Notes: a model not told the origin generated them from the sequence alone. A stretch of 64,000 nucleotides of DNA from Takakia lepidozioides (GCA_030704615.1 CM060731.1:86242001-86306000), one strand, 5' to 3'. Positions 42,955 through 54,915 are shown, numbered from the stretch's first letter. Numbers and translations: made by a program.

Positions 42955-45900
42955 GCTCACCGTGAAGATAAGCCACGCCTAGGGGCCAACAAATATCTTG
43001 ATCCGTGGGTTGACACTTGGATCAAGCCCAAGTGTCATATATAAAAACAGTTATTTATTGGCTAGTTTCACACTACTAGTAAACTTTACTTGACAACCTG
43101 AATACAGGGCCTGAATCAGTTTCTTCATAACCAACAATGGCTTACCACCATGGACTTTGTCCATTAAAAAAGCTAAGCAACCAAGGGCATCTAACCATGG
43201 ACCATATTGGGCCAAAGAAGAGCCAGCCATATCAATTTCGCATGGCACCAGATGTCCAAAAGCAGCCAACTCCTAAAAGAGGCCAAGTTTACAAAGCTTT
43301 ACAATAAAGAACACTATTTGGTCAAAAAACAAAGTTGCCCTACGTTGTAGCTTGGTACCAGATATCTTAAAGCCGCCAGTTTGTCACATAATTATTCCAT
43401 TGTCACAATAAGATGCCACAGGGAACAAGAAAGAAACACCCTAATGACTGAGTGTCCACCATACCAGGTTAAGAACAAGAGCCAGTAAGATCAAGGGAAA
43501 GAGGAAGAAATGATTATTCTCCCCCAAAGATACAGATGTCATGGCGTCGCATCTTCAGCTCGATTCCAATCAACTTCAAGCTTTAAAATTCATATTAAGT
43601 GAGGACCCTCATCTGGTCCCATCACATGCAGTAAAAAACAGTCAAGTTAGAAAAGATGTGGAACCCCAGGTGAATCATAGGTCTCACGCTTGTAGAAGCC
43701 TGCGCCATAGCTCCCAAGACCAGCAAACAACAATACACAAAATAATGGATTGCCCAAGCATTTTAACAAGTTTAGTCACTTCCCTGAGGTCTTAGGATGC
43801 GCCGCAGTATCTTAATGATCAATGAAGGGCACAACAAGCATTCACAGCCTAGGTATCTACCCGCCATCATGATAGACAACCGCCACATGGAAATTGAAGG
43901 CACTACCGCCATTGTGCACCCCAAGAGGGGAAGAAGGTACTGGAATCTTGCCAGAATACCTGCAGGCCTTAATTACGCAGCTCCATAGCAATAAATGGCA
44001 CCTAAATCGGGCTCAATGCACACTCCACCACCATCTCTCAGCTCCAGCAACCCCTTAAGCACGATCGTCGTGCAGAAAGTTAGGGCAGGGAGGAAATGAA
44101 GTGCAATTTCCCGCGATTTCATCTGCACAAGATGAAATCCACCAACGAACGGTTGAAAAATCCCGATTTTTCATCCCTGTGTCATCCACCAGGGATGACA
44201 TCCAGATAGGGATGAAAATCATTTGGCATTCATTAGGATAGAAACCTCATGACCTTATAAACAAAAAATCGGGTAGGGTAAATAACCGAAATTAACCAGA
44301 TTCGGACTTCATCCGTAAGGTAAAAAATCATCCGATATGGATGAATTCTGTTAAAGGTAAATCCACCATCTGATGACTTCATCCGAAAAGTTAAAAGTTC
44401 ATCCGGTACGGATGAACTGATATAGATGGTTAAACACCCAAAAACGGACTTCATCCAAAAAATGAAAGTTCATCCATTATGGATGAACTCTGCCAAAGGT
44501 GAATCAACCAACTAATGACTTCATCCAAAAGTAAAACATTCATCCGGTATGGATGAACTGATACAGATAATCAATCACCCAGCAACGAACTTCATCCGAA
44601 AAAGTAAAGAAATCATCCGGTATGGATGAAATATCAAGAAGGTTAATTAGGGATTAAGTAACATACCTCTGGGTTTAAACCATCAGGTTTTAAAAGAACC
44701 AGCCAGATCCATGGAGGGAGCACTAGAAGAAAAACGCGGAATAACCACTGGCCCTTTAACCACTATTGTTTTTTCCTACTCTATAAACCACTAGTAACCA
44801 CTTGTTAGTGGTTAATCCCGATGAAATGCCACGGTGGCATACAGACAGTGGTTGGAAGTGGTTTCAACCACTCAGTAGTCCACGTGTAATAATTTGTTTT
44901 TATTTATTATTTATTATTTGGTAAATATTTTAGTTAATAAATAAAATATTCCACGTGGACGGGTGCAGTGCTATATTGTGAGTGGTTATAGACACCTCAG
45001 TGATGGGAAGTGGTTGAAACCACTTGCTACTCTACGTGTAATAATTCAAATTTTATTTATGATTTATGATTTGAAAATCTATTTTAATTAATTAATACAA
45101 TATTCCACGTGGACGGGGTCAGTGCATGTTGATCTTGAGTGGTTAAAGACACCTCATTGATTTGTACCACTTTGACAGTGGTAAAGAGTGGGTGGTGAAA
45201 GACACTGCAGTAATTGGAACCACTATTCTAGTGGTCACTCATGAGTGGTTGCCTACACAACAGTGATTGGTACCACTTTTGTGGTGATACATGAAAAACT
45301 TTAAGTGGTTTGTGCACCTGTGACAGACTTTGAAAAACGGAAAGTGTCCAGACCATTGTAGGATGATGCTATTGAACAAATGGTTCCAACAATAAACTTT
45401 ATTCTAGCCTGGTCTTCAGTCTCTCATATTAGTTCTAGAATGTTATGTGGTTAAAGGCACCTCAGTGATTAGTATCACTTGGACGGTGGTAGATTGTGAG
45501 TGGTTAAAGACACCTCAGTGACTGGTACCACTCTTGTGGTGATATATGAAAATGTTTAAGTGGTTTGTGCACCTGTGGCAGACTTTTAAAAACATACAAG
45601 TGTCCAAATCATTGTAGGATGATGTTATTGAATAGATGGTTCCAAACAATCAACTTTATTTTGAATCTAAATCACAATATTAATTCTCTGAAGCACTTTC
45701 CTCAACTCGAACAATGTTTGGTCATACGAAACTAGCTTGAAATATGGTAGCCAACATAGCCAGCTCTTCTCCACTTAGAGCCGTGGCACCATCCAATGAC
45801 CTAGGTATGGGCTGATCTGATAAGGTAGAGGGTGCCCGTAGACCTCCAATGTCCAAACTTCAACGATGAATTTTAGAATGAAAATAAATTAAGCCAGTTC

Positions 45901-46889
45901 CAAAAATACAAAATTTTCAAATAATTGAACTCACTACAAGGCTTGACAATAGTTGTTTACATTTCATTCAAACTTTTATATGTCACATCTAGTAAATAAG
46001 CCTGATTTGTGAGCTGTAGCTCATAGGTGTTTTCCTTTATTTTTTATTTAAAAAAATAGACAATCTAATATACTTTGGAAAAATCTATAGACTTTTTGCA
46101 AGAGCCCAAAACTGAGGTGTAGGTGGGTAGCATTGTAAGCCTTGAAGCTTATCCCCCCAAAAACTACGTCAAACAGGTTTCATATGACCCGGATATGGCC
46201 AAACATGCATTACATAATTTAAATTTGGTCATATTAATTAGTTCATTTTGGCCTGCCTTTATCGATTTCTACTACCACTTCATATAAAAGGTAACATTGT
46301 ACTCATTACAATAAAGTGAAATTCACATACCGTACCACATATAAAAAGGACGTAGCAGGATTTGAGCCCCAAACCACTGGGGTAACCAAAAGTGTATTAT
46401 CCAATAATAATTCAAAATGGATTTAGCGTTGCGGGGTTGTGTGTTGAACGATGAGTCTTGGACTTGGTCGTTTTTCTTTGTTTGTGTCATGGGATGATTT
46501 GCAGGTGTATAGCTAGGGTTCGAGATGGAAGCCTTGGAGACCACCTGCGCTCAAGCGATGCGGGGAGGGTTGAGCTCGACAGCTTTGGAGACATGCGCGC
46601 AATCGATGCAAGGAGGGTTGAAGCTCGACAACTTCCTGGCTTTTTCATACGGCCCTCAATATCGTCCTCTCCACCCTCTCTCTCCACCCCATCTTTCTTT
46701 CATATTGTCTGCTTCTCCTTAGTCCACGCCCAAACGCTCTCCAACTCTCCATCAATCTCGTTCCCATCCTCTTCATTTCTCATGTTTTTCCTGCAATAGG
46801 TCGCTCAAGGCTTGGGTCTTCTGTTGCCGGTTCTTTAGGGGCACCATTGCCAGGAAGTTGTATTCTAGGGCTCAGCCATTTACATATTC

Positions 46890-47165
46890 ATGAAGGGAAA
46901 GAAGTCCATGGTGACATCGTCAAGGCTGGAATAGTACCAGATGTCATTATGAACAATACCCTTGTTGATATGTATGCCAAATGTGGGAGCACTGTGGATG
47001 CAAATGAAGTGTTTGATGGGCAAACGAGATGTGATGTTCTGGAGTGCTATGATTGCAGGACATGCACAACATGGATATGGGGGATGGAGGCTTTGGAGAC
47101 CTGTGAGCAAATGCACATCAGCAGGGGGTGAAGCCAGACCGAGTCACATTCATTTCTGTTGTGCC
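46890..47165 (+). pseudogene. Captured PLS-class PPR gene fragment
   Basis: EGKEVHGDIVKAGIVPDVIMNNTLVDMYAKCGS.VDANEVFD, then RDVMFWSAMIAGHAQHGYG and MEALETCEQM...GVKPDRVTFISV across frameshifts. Confidence 0.88.
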
Positions 47166-48690
47166 CTATTTTCATGCCAATTTCTCCAATTTGGGTTTGC
47201 TATGGCTTGGTGGATTTGTAGCAAGTAGGGTGATGAAGATATGCTAGCCTTCAGAGCCATAAAGATTTTCAAGAGGTTGTGGTCTGGCCCCCAGTATAGC
47301 TGCACTTGTTGTTCAAGTTTCCAGACATTCAGCTACTTTGATGGGCCTATCTTCTTGCCAATTCCTCCATTTGTGGTGTGCTATGGCTTGGCACATTTCT
47401 AACAACTGGTGTGATCAATATGTGGTGGCCTTCATAGCTTTGGAATTTCTTAAGGGGTTGTGGTCTGGTCCCCAGCAAGTCTGCACTTGTTGTTTAAGTT
47501 TTCGGACGTTGAGGTACTCAAACGGGCATCTCTTCTTGCCAACTGCTCCAATTGTGGTGTGCTATGGCTTGAAACATTTCTAACAACTAGTGTGATCAAG
47601 ATATTGTGGCCTCTAGAGCCTTAATCTTATCAAGGGGTTGTGGTCTGGCCCCCAACAGATTTGCACTTGTTGTTCAAGTTTCCGGACGTTCAGGTACTCA
47701 AATGGGCCTATCTCATTGTCAATTCCTCCATTTGTGGTGTGCTATGGCTTGAAACATTTCTAATAACTACTGTGATCAAGGTAGAGTAGCCTTTTGAGCT
47801 CTGAATTTTCTTAAGGGGTTGTGGTCTGGCCCTCAACAGATCTGCACTTGTTGTTCAAGTTTTCGGACGTTCAGGTACTCAAATGGGCCTATCTCCTTGT
47901 CAATTCCTCCATTTGTGGTGTGCTATGGCTTGAAACATTTCTAACAACTACTGTGATCAAGGTAGAGTAGCCTCCTGAGCTCTGAATTTTCTTAAGGGGT
48001 TGTGGTCTGGCCCCCAATAGATCTGCACTTGTTGTTCAAGTTTCCGGACGTTCAGGTACTCAGATGGGCCTATCTCATTGCCAATTGCTCCAGTTGTGGT
48101 GTGCTATGGCTTGAAACATTTCTAACAATTAATGTAATCAAGTTATGGTAGCCTCCTGAGCTCTAAATTTTCTTAAGGGGTTGTGGTCTGGCCCCCAACA
48201 GATCTGCATTTGTAGTTCAAGGTTCCGGACATTCAGATACTCAGATGGGCCTATCTCCTTGCCAATTGCTCCAATTGTGGTGTGCTATGGCTTGATACAT
48301 GTCTAAAAACTAGTGTGATCAAGTTATGGTGGCCTCTAGAGCTCTGAATCTTATCAAGGGGTTGTGGTCTGGCCCCCAACAAATCTGCACTTGTTGTTCA
48401 AGTTTCTGGACGTTCAAGTATTCAGATGGGCCTATCTCCTTGCCAATTGCTCCAGTTGTGGTGTGTTATGGCTTGAAACATTTCTAACAACTAATGTGAT
48501 CAAGGTATGGTGACCTCCTAAGCTCTAAATTTTCTTAAGGGGTTGTGGTCTGGCCCCCAACAGATCTGCACTTGTTGTTCAAGTTTCCAGACGTTCAGGT
48601 ACTCAGATGGGCCTATCTCCTTGCCAATTGCTCCAATTGTGGTGTGCTATGGCTTGACACATTTCTAACAACTAATGTGATCAAGTTATA
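47165..48690. repeat. 181-bp satellite-like tandem array, ~8.5 copies
   Basis: Anchor TGGTCTGG at 47280, 47461, 47641, 47822, 48003, 48184, 48365, 48546; the unit translated has stops in all six frames. Confidence 0.96.
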
Positions 48691-50029
48691 TCATTGCCAT
48701 GTTATACCTGAATGATTGTGGCGGGTTTAGGTGAATGATATATATATTGCCAATTGTATCTTGCCTCACCCTAACGAGGAAGAGGTCCCACCGCAAACAA
48801 TGTTGGGGGATGTCGTCGGTCTGAATTGTCTTTGGCCAGAGAAGAACATGAAGAGGGCTTAAAATTTTGTTCACCCGGGCGTAGACATTGCCGGCAGTGA
48901 GAAGAAGACAAGAAAATAGTTCAGTGTTCTTAGCATGCATGCGGAGACGCCGTGTAGAAGTTAGGCTCAGACTTTTATCATGGCTGGATTTTGTTGACAG
49001 TGTTCCAGCACTTACTCTCAGGGATTCTATTCTATTTTGTGGAGCTTGAATCCCAAATGGTACTTCCTTTACTACACTAGTGGTATGTGTTCCTCTAGTT
49101 ATGTTCCTAATCACTTGCACATCACTGTAATAGTGGTATAATTTAAAACTATGGGTGTAGCCAGATGCACACAATTGCCTCCATTACCACTCCTGTAGTG
49201 GTATAAGTAATCACCTATATATTACTGTATTAGTGGTATGATTCCTCCGGTGGTATTCCTAATTACTTACACACCACTCTGTTAGTAATCATTCTAATCC
49301 ATAGTTCCCACTCAGAGAGACACCATGGATGACTCAAACAGCTTACATACCACTCTGTGGGTAATCATTTTAATGACCTACTGAGAGACGTCATCCACTC
49401 ACATAACCACGCTGTGAGTGATATTGTATATTCTCAGTTTTCATAGTATGACTCTGTGAGTCATTTCGTGATCACTCAACAAGTGGTTTCGGAAGTCATT
49501 GAATTTTTCACTCCATCCATTTTGTAGCACCGACACTGGACACGTGTCCATGCTGAGAGTGTCGCCACGTGTCGACATAATCTCCAATATCATCCACGAC
49601 CCACCGGCTTACACGTGTCCACTGGAAAATGGAAGTGGTTACTTTATCACTATGACACGTCAGTTTACCACTGTGACACGTCATAAGTGGTTGGTTTACC
49701 TCAGTGACACGTCAGCGAACAGGTGGACCAGACGTAAGTGGTTCGAACCACTATTTTTAACCACTGGTGCCACGTAATGTCTTTTACCACTCACTTGTCC
49801 TAATCCACTGGTTCTTCATCATTCTGGGGCCAGAGTGGTTTAGTGTCTTTTACCACTCAAAATGAGTGGTTAACAGAGTGGTTATTCCGCGTTTTCCTTC
49901 TAGTGGAGGGAGAAAGATGGAGAGCTGCTGCTCAGTCACCCCCCCACCTTATTTTTTCTTTTTTTCCCCTCATCTCTCCTTCTCTCTGTCTCTGTCCCTC
50001 TGTCCCTCTCTCCATCTGTCCCTCTCTTT

Positions 50030-50290
50030 TGGTGTGAGCATACAAGTTATGGACAACTCTCCACATCTTTTCCTTGATCCCACATGACCAGAGGCGGAGC
50101 CATAGACCACCTCTCCACCCTGTGCTTTCAATAAGCTCGTTGACAATGCCATCAGGACCACCAGCTTTATATCCGTTTAAATGCTCAATTGCTTCCACAA
50201 TCTCATGAGAACTAATGGGAGCGTTGTAAGCCTTTGAATTATACTCCAATTCATCAGGGCTGTTTTGAATCATAGGAACAGTTTTTCCAA
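50030..50290 (-). pseudogene. Internally deleted LINE reverse-transcriptase fragment
   Basis: PISSHEIVEAIEHLNGYKAGGPDGIVNELI (RT domain 0) joined to WRGGLWLRLWSCGIKEKMWRVVHNLY (after domain 3). Confidence 0.75.
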
Positions 50291-50994
50291 CTGTGTCCTT
50301 GCATTCTTCAGAGGACGGGCCGGGAGGGAGGAAGGAGTACCTACCTTAATCCAAGCTGCTGCTGCTGTCGCCGCTGGCGCCGCCCTCAGCCGCTGCTGTC
50401 GCGGATGCCCACGTTGGCGGAGCGAACCCCCGCTCATCTCTCTCTCTCCCCCCGCGACCCCCGCCTCTCTGCCCCTTCCTTTTCTCCCCGCCTCTGTGCG
50501 GCACTTCTACCACAAAAAAGAGAGAGAGAGAGAGAGGTGAGCTGGGAGGATAGGGTAGGATAGGGCGATTTTGAAAAGCAAGAGAGGAAGGAGAGGCGCG
50601 GCTTACCTGCGCGGTGTTGGAGGTCGCAATGCTTGGGGCGGCGCCTCAATTCTCCTCTCGACCTTGCAAGCAGCTCGGGCGCTTCAAGTCAGGTTCGTTT
50701 CTCCTCCACCCTAAACCCTAGTCTCTCCACTCCTGCTTGAGCAAAGTAGAACTCGAAAAAGAGGGGGGAAAGAGGAGGTGCTTCAGGCACTTAGAAAAAA
50801 CAGAAGGCGGGGCGCTTGCATGCGATGTCGGGCCGTAGCAAGAGGCACCCCGCCCTTTTTTCAAAGTTGGGGCGTTGACTAGCGACCCCCCTGCGTCGCA
50901 TAAAAAAGAAAACCCGTTGCTAATTGCGACGGCGGGGCGTGGCAATGCAACGCTTTGCCCTCCACCTTGTAAGCTAGGCAAATAGGGGGTTAAT

Positions 50995-51142
50995 TTTTAG
51001 GTTTAGGGTTTAGGGATTTTTGGGGTTCTTAGAGTTTTTGTTTTTTTTTCCCTTAAGGTACTGGGGTAGGGTATTTTTTTCTTCTTTATGGTGCTGGGTT
51101 TTGGGTTTTGGATTATAGGTTTTGGTTTTGGGTTTTGGGTTT
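50995..51142 (+). repeat. Degenerate telomere-like repeats
   Basis: TTTAGGTTTAGGGTTTAGGG and several TTTTGGG units. Confidence 0.6.
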
Positions 51143-51487
51143 CAAACGATAGACGTTAATTAGGATTCACATATCCAAAAAGTGGTTCAATTTGGTAAGC
51201 GCAAAGCGCTGGGTCTCACTAAATTTTTCCATGGTGTGGACAGCCTGAAGCGAATACTCATTTTGGATTCATTGTCCTGGGTTCTCTCACCAGAGGGATG
51301 CTCTACCTCTGTTTATCAATTTTGAAAGTCTCTTCCTTGCTAAGGCAAAGGCCCAGGCCCTCCGGCAATGTGGGACTGGCATTTTTGGGATTTATTTTTT
51401 TCTTTATAGGAATGAAAGAAATGCTGGTGTGTATTAATTAGGATGTGATGGTGAGGAGTCATCGACCCGTCAACTTCGCGGACGGGT

Positions 51488-53437
51488 ATGCGGTACCACA
51501 GCCGGAATGGCAACCATTGCATACCCTCGGCCATGAACACGAGGCAAGGCATATTGCACCTGATTCAGTACGGGCCGGCAGATGCAATCGTAGAAGGGAC
51601 CGGGGGCATTTCAGGTGATGCGGAGGATGGCGACACTCCGGGATCGAGTCGGGCGCGCCATGGGTTGCCCCCTCGCGGACCACCCCATGGTGAGAGCCCT
51701 GCTAGTCCAGAGGCACAACGCCCCAGCACGTCTACCTTTGACCCCCCCCCCCCTCTCGACAGGATGGAGTGTTGGTGCAAGGACTGTTGGGCACGGATAC
51801 CGCCAGGCCGCACCAGACCACCGAGGCGGCGACCGCATGTTGTCGAAGAACATTATAGGTTGGCCGGGATTGCGGATGCGGCGACGGTGAGTCTTTTTCC
51901 ACCCCCTCTCATTAACGTTCATTCATCGTATATTTGGTATATTTCTAATATAGTATGATTTGTATTAATACGTCAACCCAAATTACGACGTAAGTATTGA
52001 TGCATCGTATACTACACATATTGCAGCCACGACTTGATGCCCAAGCTCGCAATCACATTGCACAAGAGGCATGTCGCGCCGGTGTGCTTGCACAATTTGT
52101 TCCAGAGCCTGTGCCTGATGTGACCAGTTGGTTCCCCTAGCATGAGATAGATCAGATGCGTAGGGTCAAGGAGTATCGTAGGTGTCGCAGGCTTTATGGC
52201 TAGCGACGAGAGCCCCCCCCCCCCCTCCGGTGTCCTCAGGCGGTCCCCCTGATCCGGGTCCTCATCTGATGATTCTCTGTGCCCTACATGCAGTACTAGC
52301 AGCTTGTAGGCTGATTGTGCCCCCCCCCCCCCCCGTCTGTTTCTCTGTCTTATCCACCTCCAGACGTTGTAGTACCCCCGGATGTACCTCCGGCATTACA
52401 TCCTCAACCACCTCCACTTTCATCTCTTCCGCCACCAGTACCACCTCCACCTCCATGTGCATGTGGCCCCCGAACCCCTAGGAGGCATCGGCTTCGCCCT
52501 AGGTGTCCTCCCCTTCAGCTTGGGCGGCCTGAGGATCCTCGCCCCCGACAACAAACGCATAGGACTACGTTACTGAGGACCGTTCAGCCTCGTTGTTGGG
52601 GGAATCAGCTCGACCCTCCTGTCCCCATCCGAGAGAATGTGGAGTTCAAGTATCGAGTATTGGGGGAGACGGTATGTTGTGAGAGCCGCTACCGACCCTG
52701 CTATGGGTCGGGGTTGAAATGGCCCCCTCAAATGACATGGAGAAGGAGGCAAGAACTCCCTTGTACGAAGGGGCGAAAGTGAGTCGACTTTCAACAATCT
52801 TACTTTTGCTCAATCTTCAAATTCGATTTGGTTGGGATGTCTGCCATAATGTGAACTATTGCGGACTATATCCTTGCTCCACACTTGAAATCTAGATGCC
52901 ACGGTTGCAGAAAGAGGCGCGCGAAGTCTTGGACTCTGTGGGGTGGGCTATAAGATTTTTCATGCATGTCCATGTGATGAAACCCTATACTACAGAGATG
53001 ATTCGCGTCTCACCAAGTGCCCAAAGTGCAAGAAAGAACGATATCAGGATGATGTCCAAGGAAAAAAAGTACCACGCAAGGTATAAGCGCCATTCCCCCT
53101 CGCATGGATTTTTTTTTTTTCATCCTCTCAATGCATGTAAAGTATATTCTACAAAGTTTAGGGTTTATAGAGTAGTACTCATGCAAGATCTGATTGTGGC
53201 TCTGGAAGGAGTGAGTAATACTAGCGACGTTCGGTTTTGACCATTCATGCCATAATGAGAGAGAAGACATAAGGGTGTTGTATTATGTGTACTAATAGGA
53301 TGATTATATGTGGGGGACGTGGGATATTTTATCCTAGAAAATGCATTACTTTCCGATCATCCCGCGATTGAAGGCACGCTACCGAAGCCTCTCATTGGCA
53401 AAACTGATGAGATGACACGCCTCGCATCGGAGCCCCC
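51488..53437 (+). pseudogene. 5' part of CACTA transposase (TnpD/Tnp2) gene
   Basis: CWCKDC...VVEEHYRLAG (transposase-associated zinc motif), EARTPLYEGAKVSRLSTILLLLNL, HACPCDETLYY...CPKCKKERY...VPRK, HYFPIIPRLK; ends at the LTR insertion. Confidence 0.85.
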
Positions 53438-53874
53438 TGTAACAAGGTAGAATCTAGAAGGTTCTAGATGGAGGAGGAAGGTTCCCTAGAAGTTTCCAGA
53501 ATAATTATGAATGATCCTAAGAAGTTTGACTTAAGGAAGTTTGACTTGAGGCTCTCAAGTCAAACCTCTAAGATATTCATATTATGGAGAGTATGTCAAA
53601 TCTTTGATAAAGTCATACTGTAGAGAATATGTCAAACCTAGGAAGGTTGATTTTAGCAAGTATCTTTGATAAAGTCATATTGTGGAGAATATGTCAAACC
53701 TAGGAAGGTTGACTTTAGTAAGCTTTGACTTGAGGCTTTCAAGTCAAACCTTTAAAATAATCATATTGTGAAGGGTATATAAACCTGCAATGAAAGCCTA
53801 AAAGACATCGAGTTGTTTTGGGAAAAAGTTGAGAAGTACTTTTATTCTAGTTTGTGTAGATCCTGGGTGTTACA
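53438..53874 (+). mobile_element. 5' LTR (437 bp) of Ty3/Gypsy chromovirus
   Basis: TGTAACA...TGTTACA; preceded by CCCCC (53433-53437); followed by PBS; closely matches the rc of 61762-62197. Confidence 0.95.
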
Positions 53875-53875
53875 A

Positions 53876-53887
53876 TGGTATCAGAGC
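53876..53887 (+). promoter_or_regulatory. Primer-binding site for initiator tRNA-Met
   Basis: TGGTATCAGAGC one base after the LTR end. Confidence 0.93.
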
Positions 53888-53977
53888 CTAGTCTTTCTTA
53901 AAGTTGGGAGTGAAGACCTTCTTTTGGAGGATTCGATTAAGATGTTTTTTTCTTAGAGATTTTTGCTTAAATGACCT

Positions 53978-54770
53978 TGGACACTTGTGCCAACGGCACA
54001 TGCTACCCTAGGTCCCGAACCGCAAGGCCCAGCCCTGGTGCTTGATACCGTTGGAAAGCCCTCGACGAAGAGGGGTGCACGGGCTTGGTCTCACAATTTT
54101 TGGACTTGCGGTGTGGGAGATGTCGAATTCCAAGGGCTTTTGGTCGCTGGAAATTCACAAAAAATAGCAAAAATGGCAAAGTGGGTATCCTAGGACAATG
54201 GTTGGAGCCTCAACATGAGAGATATCAAGGGAAAGGTCTCCGGTTCAAATCTGGTCGTAGGCTCTGTGGAAAAAACCTTATTTAGATGACATTGGACACT
54301 TGGGCCAACGACAAAGGCTACCCTAGAGGTTGCATTTGGGCCTGGACATAGGAGACGCACTTTGATACATAGGGGATTGCACTTGGACATAGATGACACT
54401 GGACACTTGGGCCAATGGCACATGCTACCCTAGAGGTCGCACTTGGGTCTCAACATTGCATTTGGGCCTGGACATATGAGACGCACTTTGATACATAGGG
54501 GATTGCACTTGGACTTAGATGACATTGGACACTTGGGCCAACGGCACAGACTACCCTAGTACTTGTTAAAAACAATTCGTTGTTAACAACCTAATTGTTC
54601 ATAACAAATCAACCACTTGTTCCGAACAACGAGTTGTTAACAACCTACTTGTTCAGAACAATCTACTTGTTCAGAACAACCCACTTGTTAACAACTAGTT
54701 GTTCGCAACATCCTACTTGTTATAAACCTACTTGTTCCCAACAACCCACTTGTTCCCAATCTATTGTTCA
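53978..54770 (+). repeat. Repeats in the retrotransposon 5' UTR
   Basis: Four copies of GGACACTTG.GCCAA.G.CA...GCTACCCTAG and a short ACTTGTT...AACAA array at 54560-54770. Confidence 0.75.
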
Positions 54771-54915
54771 TTTCTAGAAGGCATTCATATTCATTACATG
54801 GTCATGCCACACATATCATGTCATATTATCAGATCCATGAATTCAAATGCCTATGTATATGTCATGCCATACATGAATATTTTATTGTCCTACATATCCA
54901 ATTACGACTCTGCAT

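Larger units (their letters stand above)
29196..43095 (-). mobile_element. Ty3/Gypsy-type retroelement with DNMT3-like methyltransferase and PHD finger; permuted terminal repeats; RT/RNase H deleted
   Basis: Termini TGTCA...TGACA; TSD ACCT (29192-29195, 43096-43099); repeats X 42828-43095 and 29280-29548, Y 29551-29621 and 29196-29278; Gag, protease, MTase, integrase and PHD remnants on the - strand. Confidence 0.92.
28341..44720 (-). repeat. Right arm of the inverted repeat pair (28341-29195 plus 43096-44720), split by the 13.9-kb retroelement
   Basis: Removing 29196-43095 and one ACCT gives ATCCTGAAGCAACCTGAATACAGGGCCTG, collinear with the rc of 27092-27120. Confidence 0.88.
44721..49905. 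mobile_element. Non-autonomous CACTA element 3 (same terminal family as element 2)
   Basis: TIR CACTAGAAGAAAAACGCGGAATAACCACT / rc CACTAGAAGGAAAACGCGGAATAACCACT; TSD GAG (44718-44720, 49906-49908); both ends homologous to element 2 (48833-49905 vs 37316-38451). Confidence 0.96.

Noticed and set aside
29196-43095. DIRS/PAT tyrosine-recombinase element, suggested by the split repeats
   Set aside because: No recombinase ORF seen; it has an rve-type integrase, aspartic protease, TG...CA ends and a TSD.
47165-48690. Possible CRISPR array or LRR-coding repeat
   Set aside because: Whole 181-bp units repeat with no unique spacers, the length is not a multiple of three, and the frames contain stops.
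48686-49174. 162-aa ORF with a homologue at 37158-37538
   Set aside because: Similarity is explained by the shared CACTA right end; the ORFs differ in extent and no domain is recognisable.
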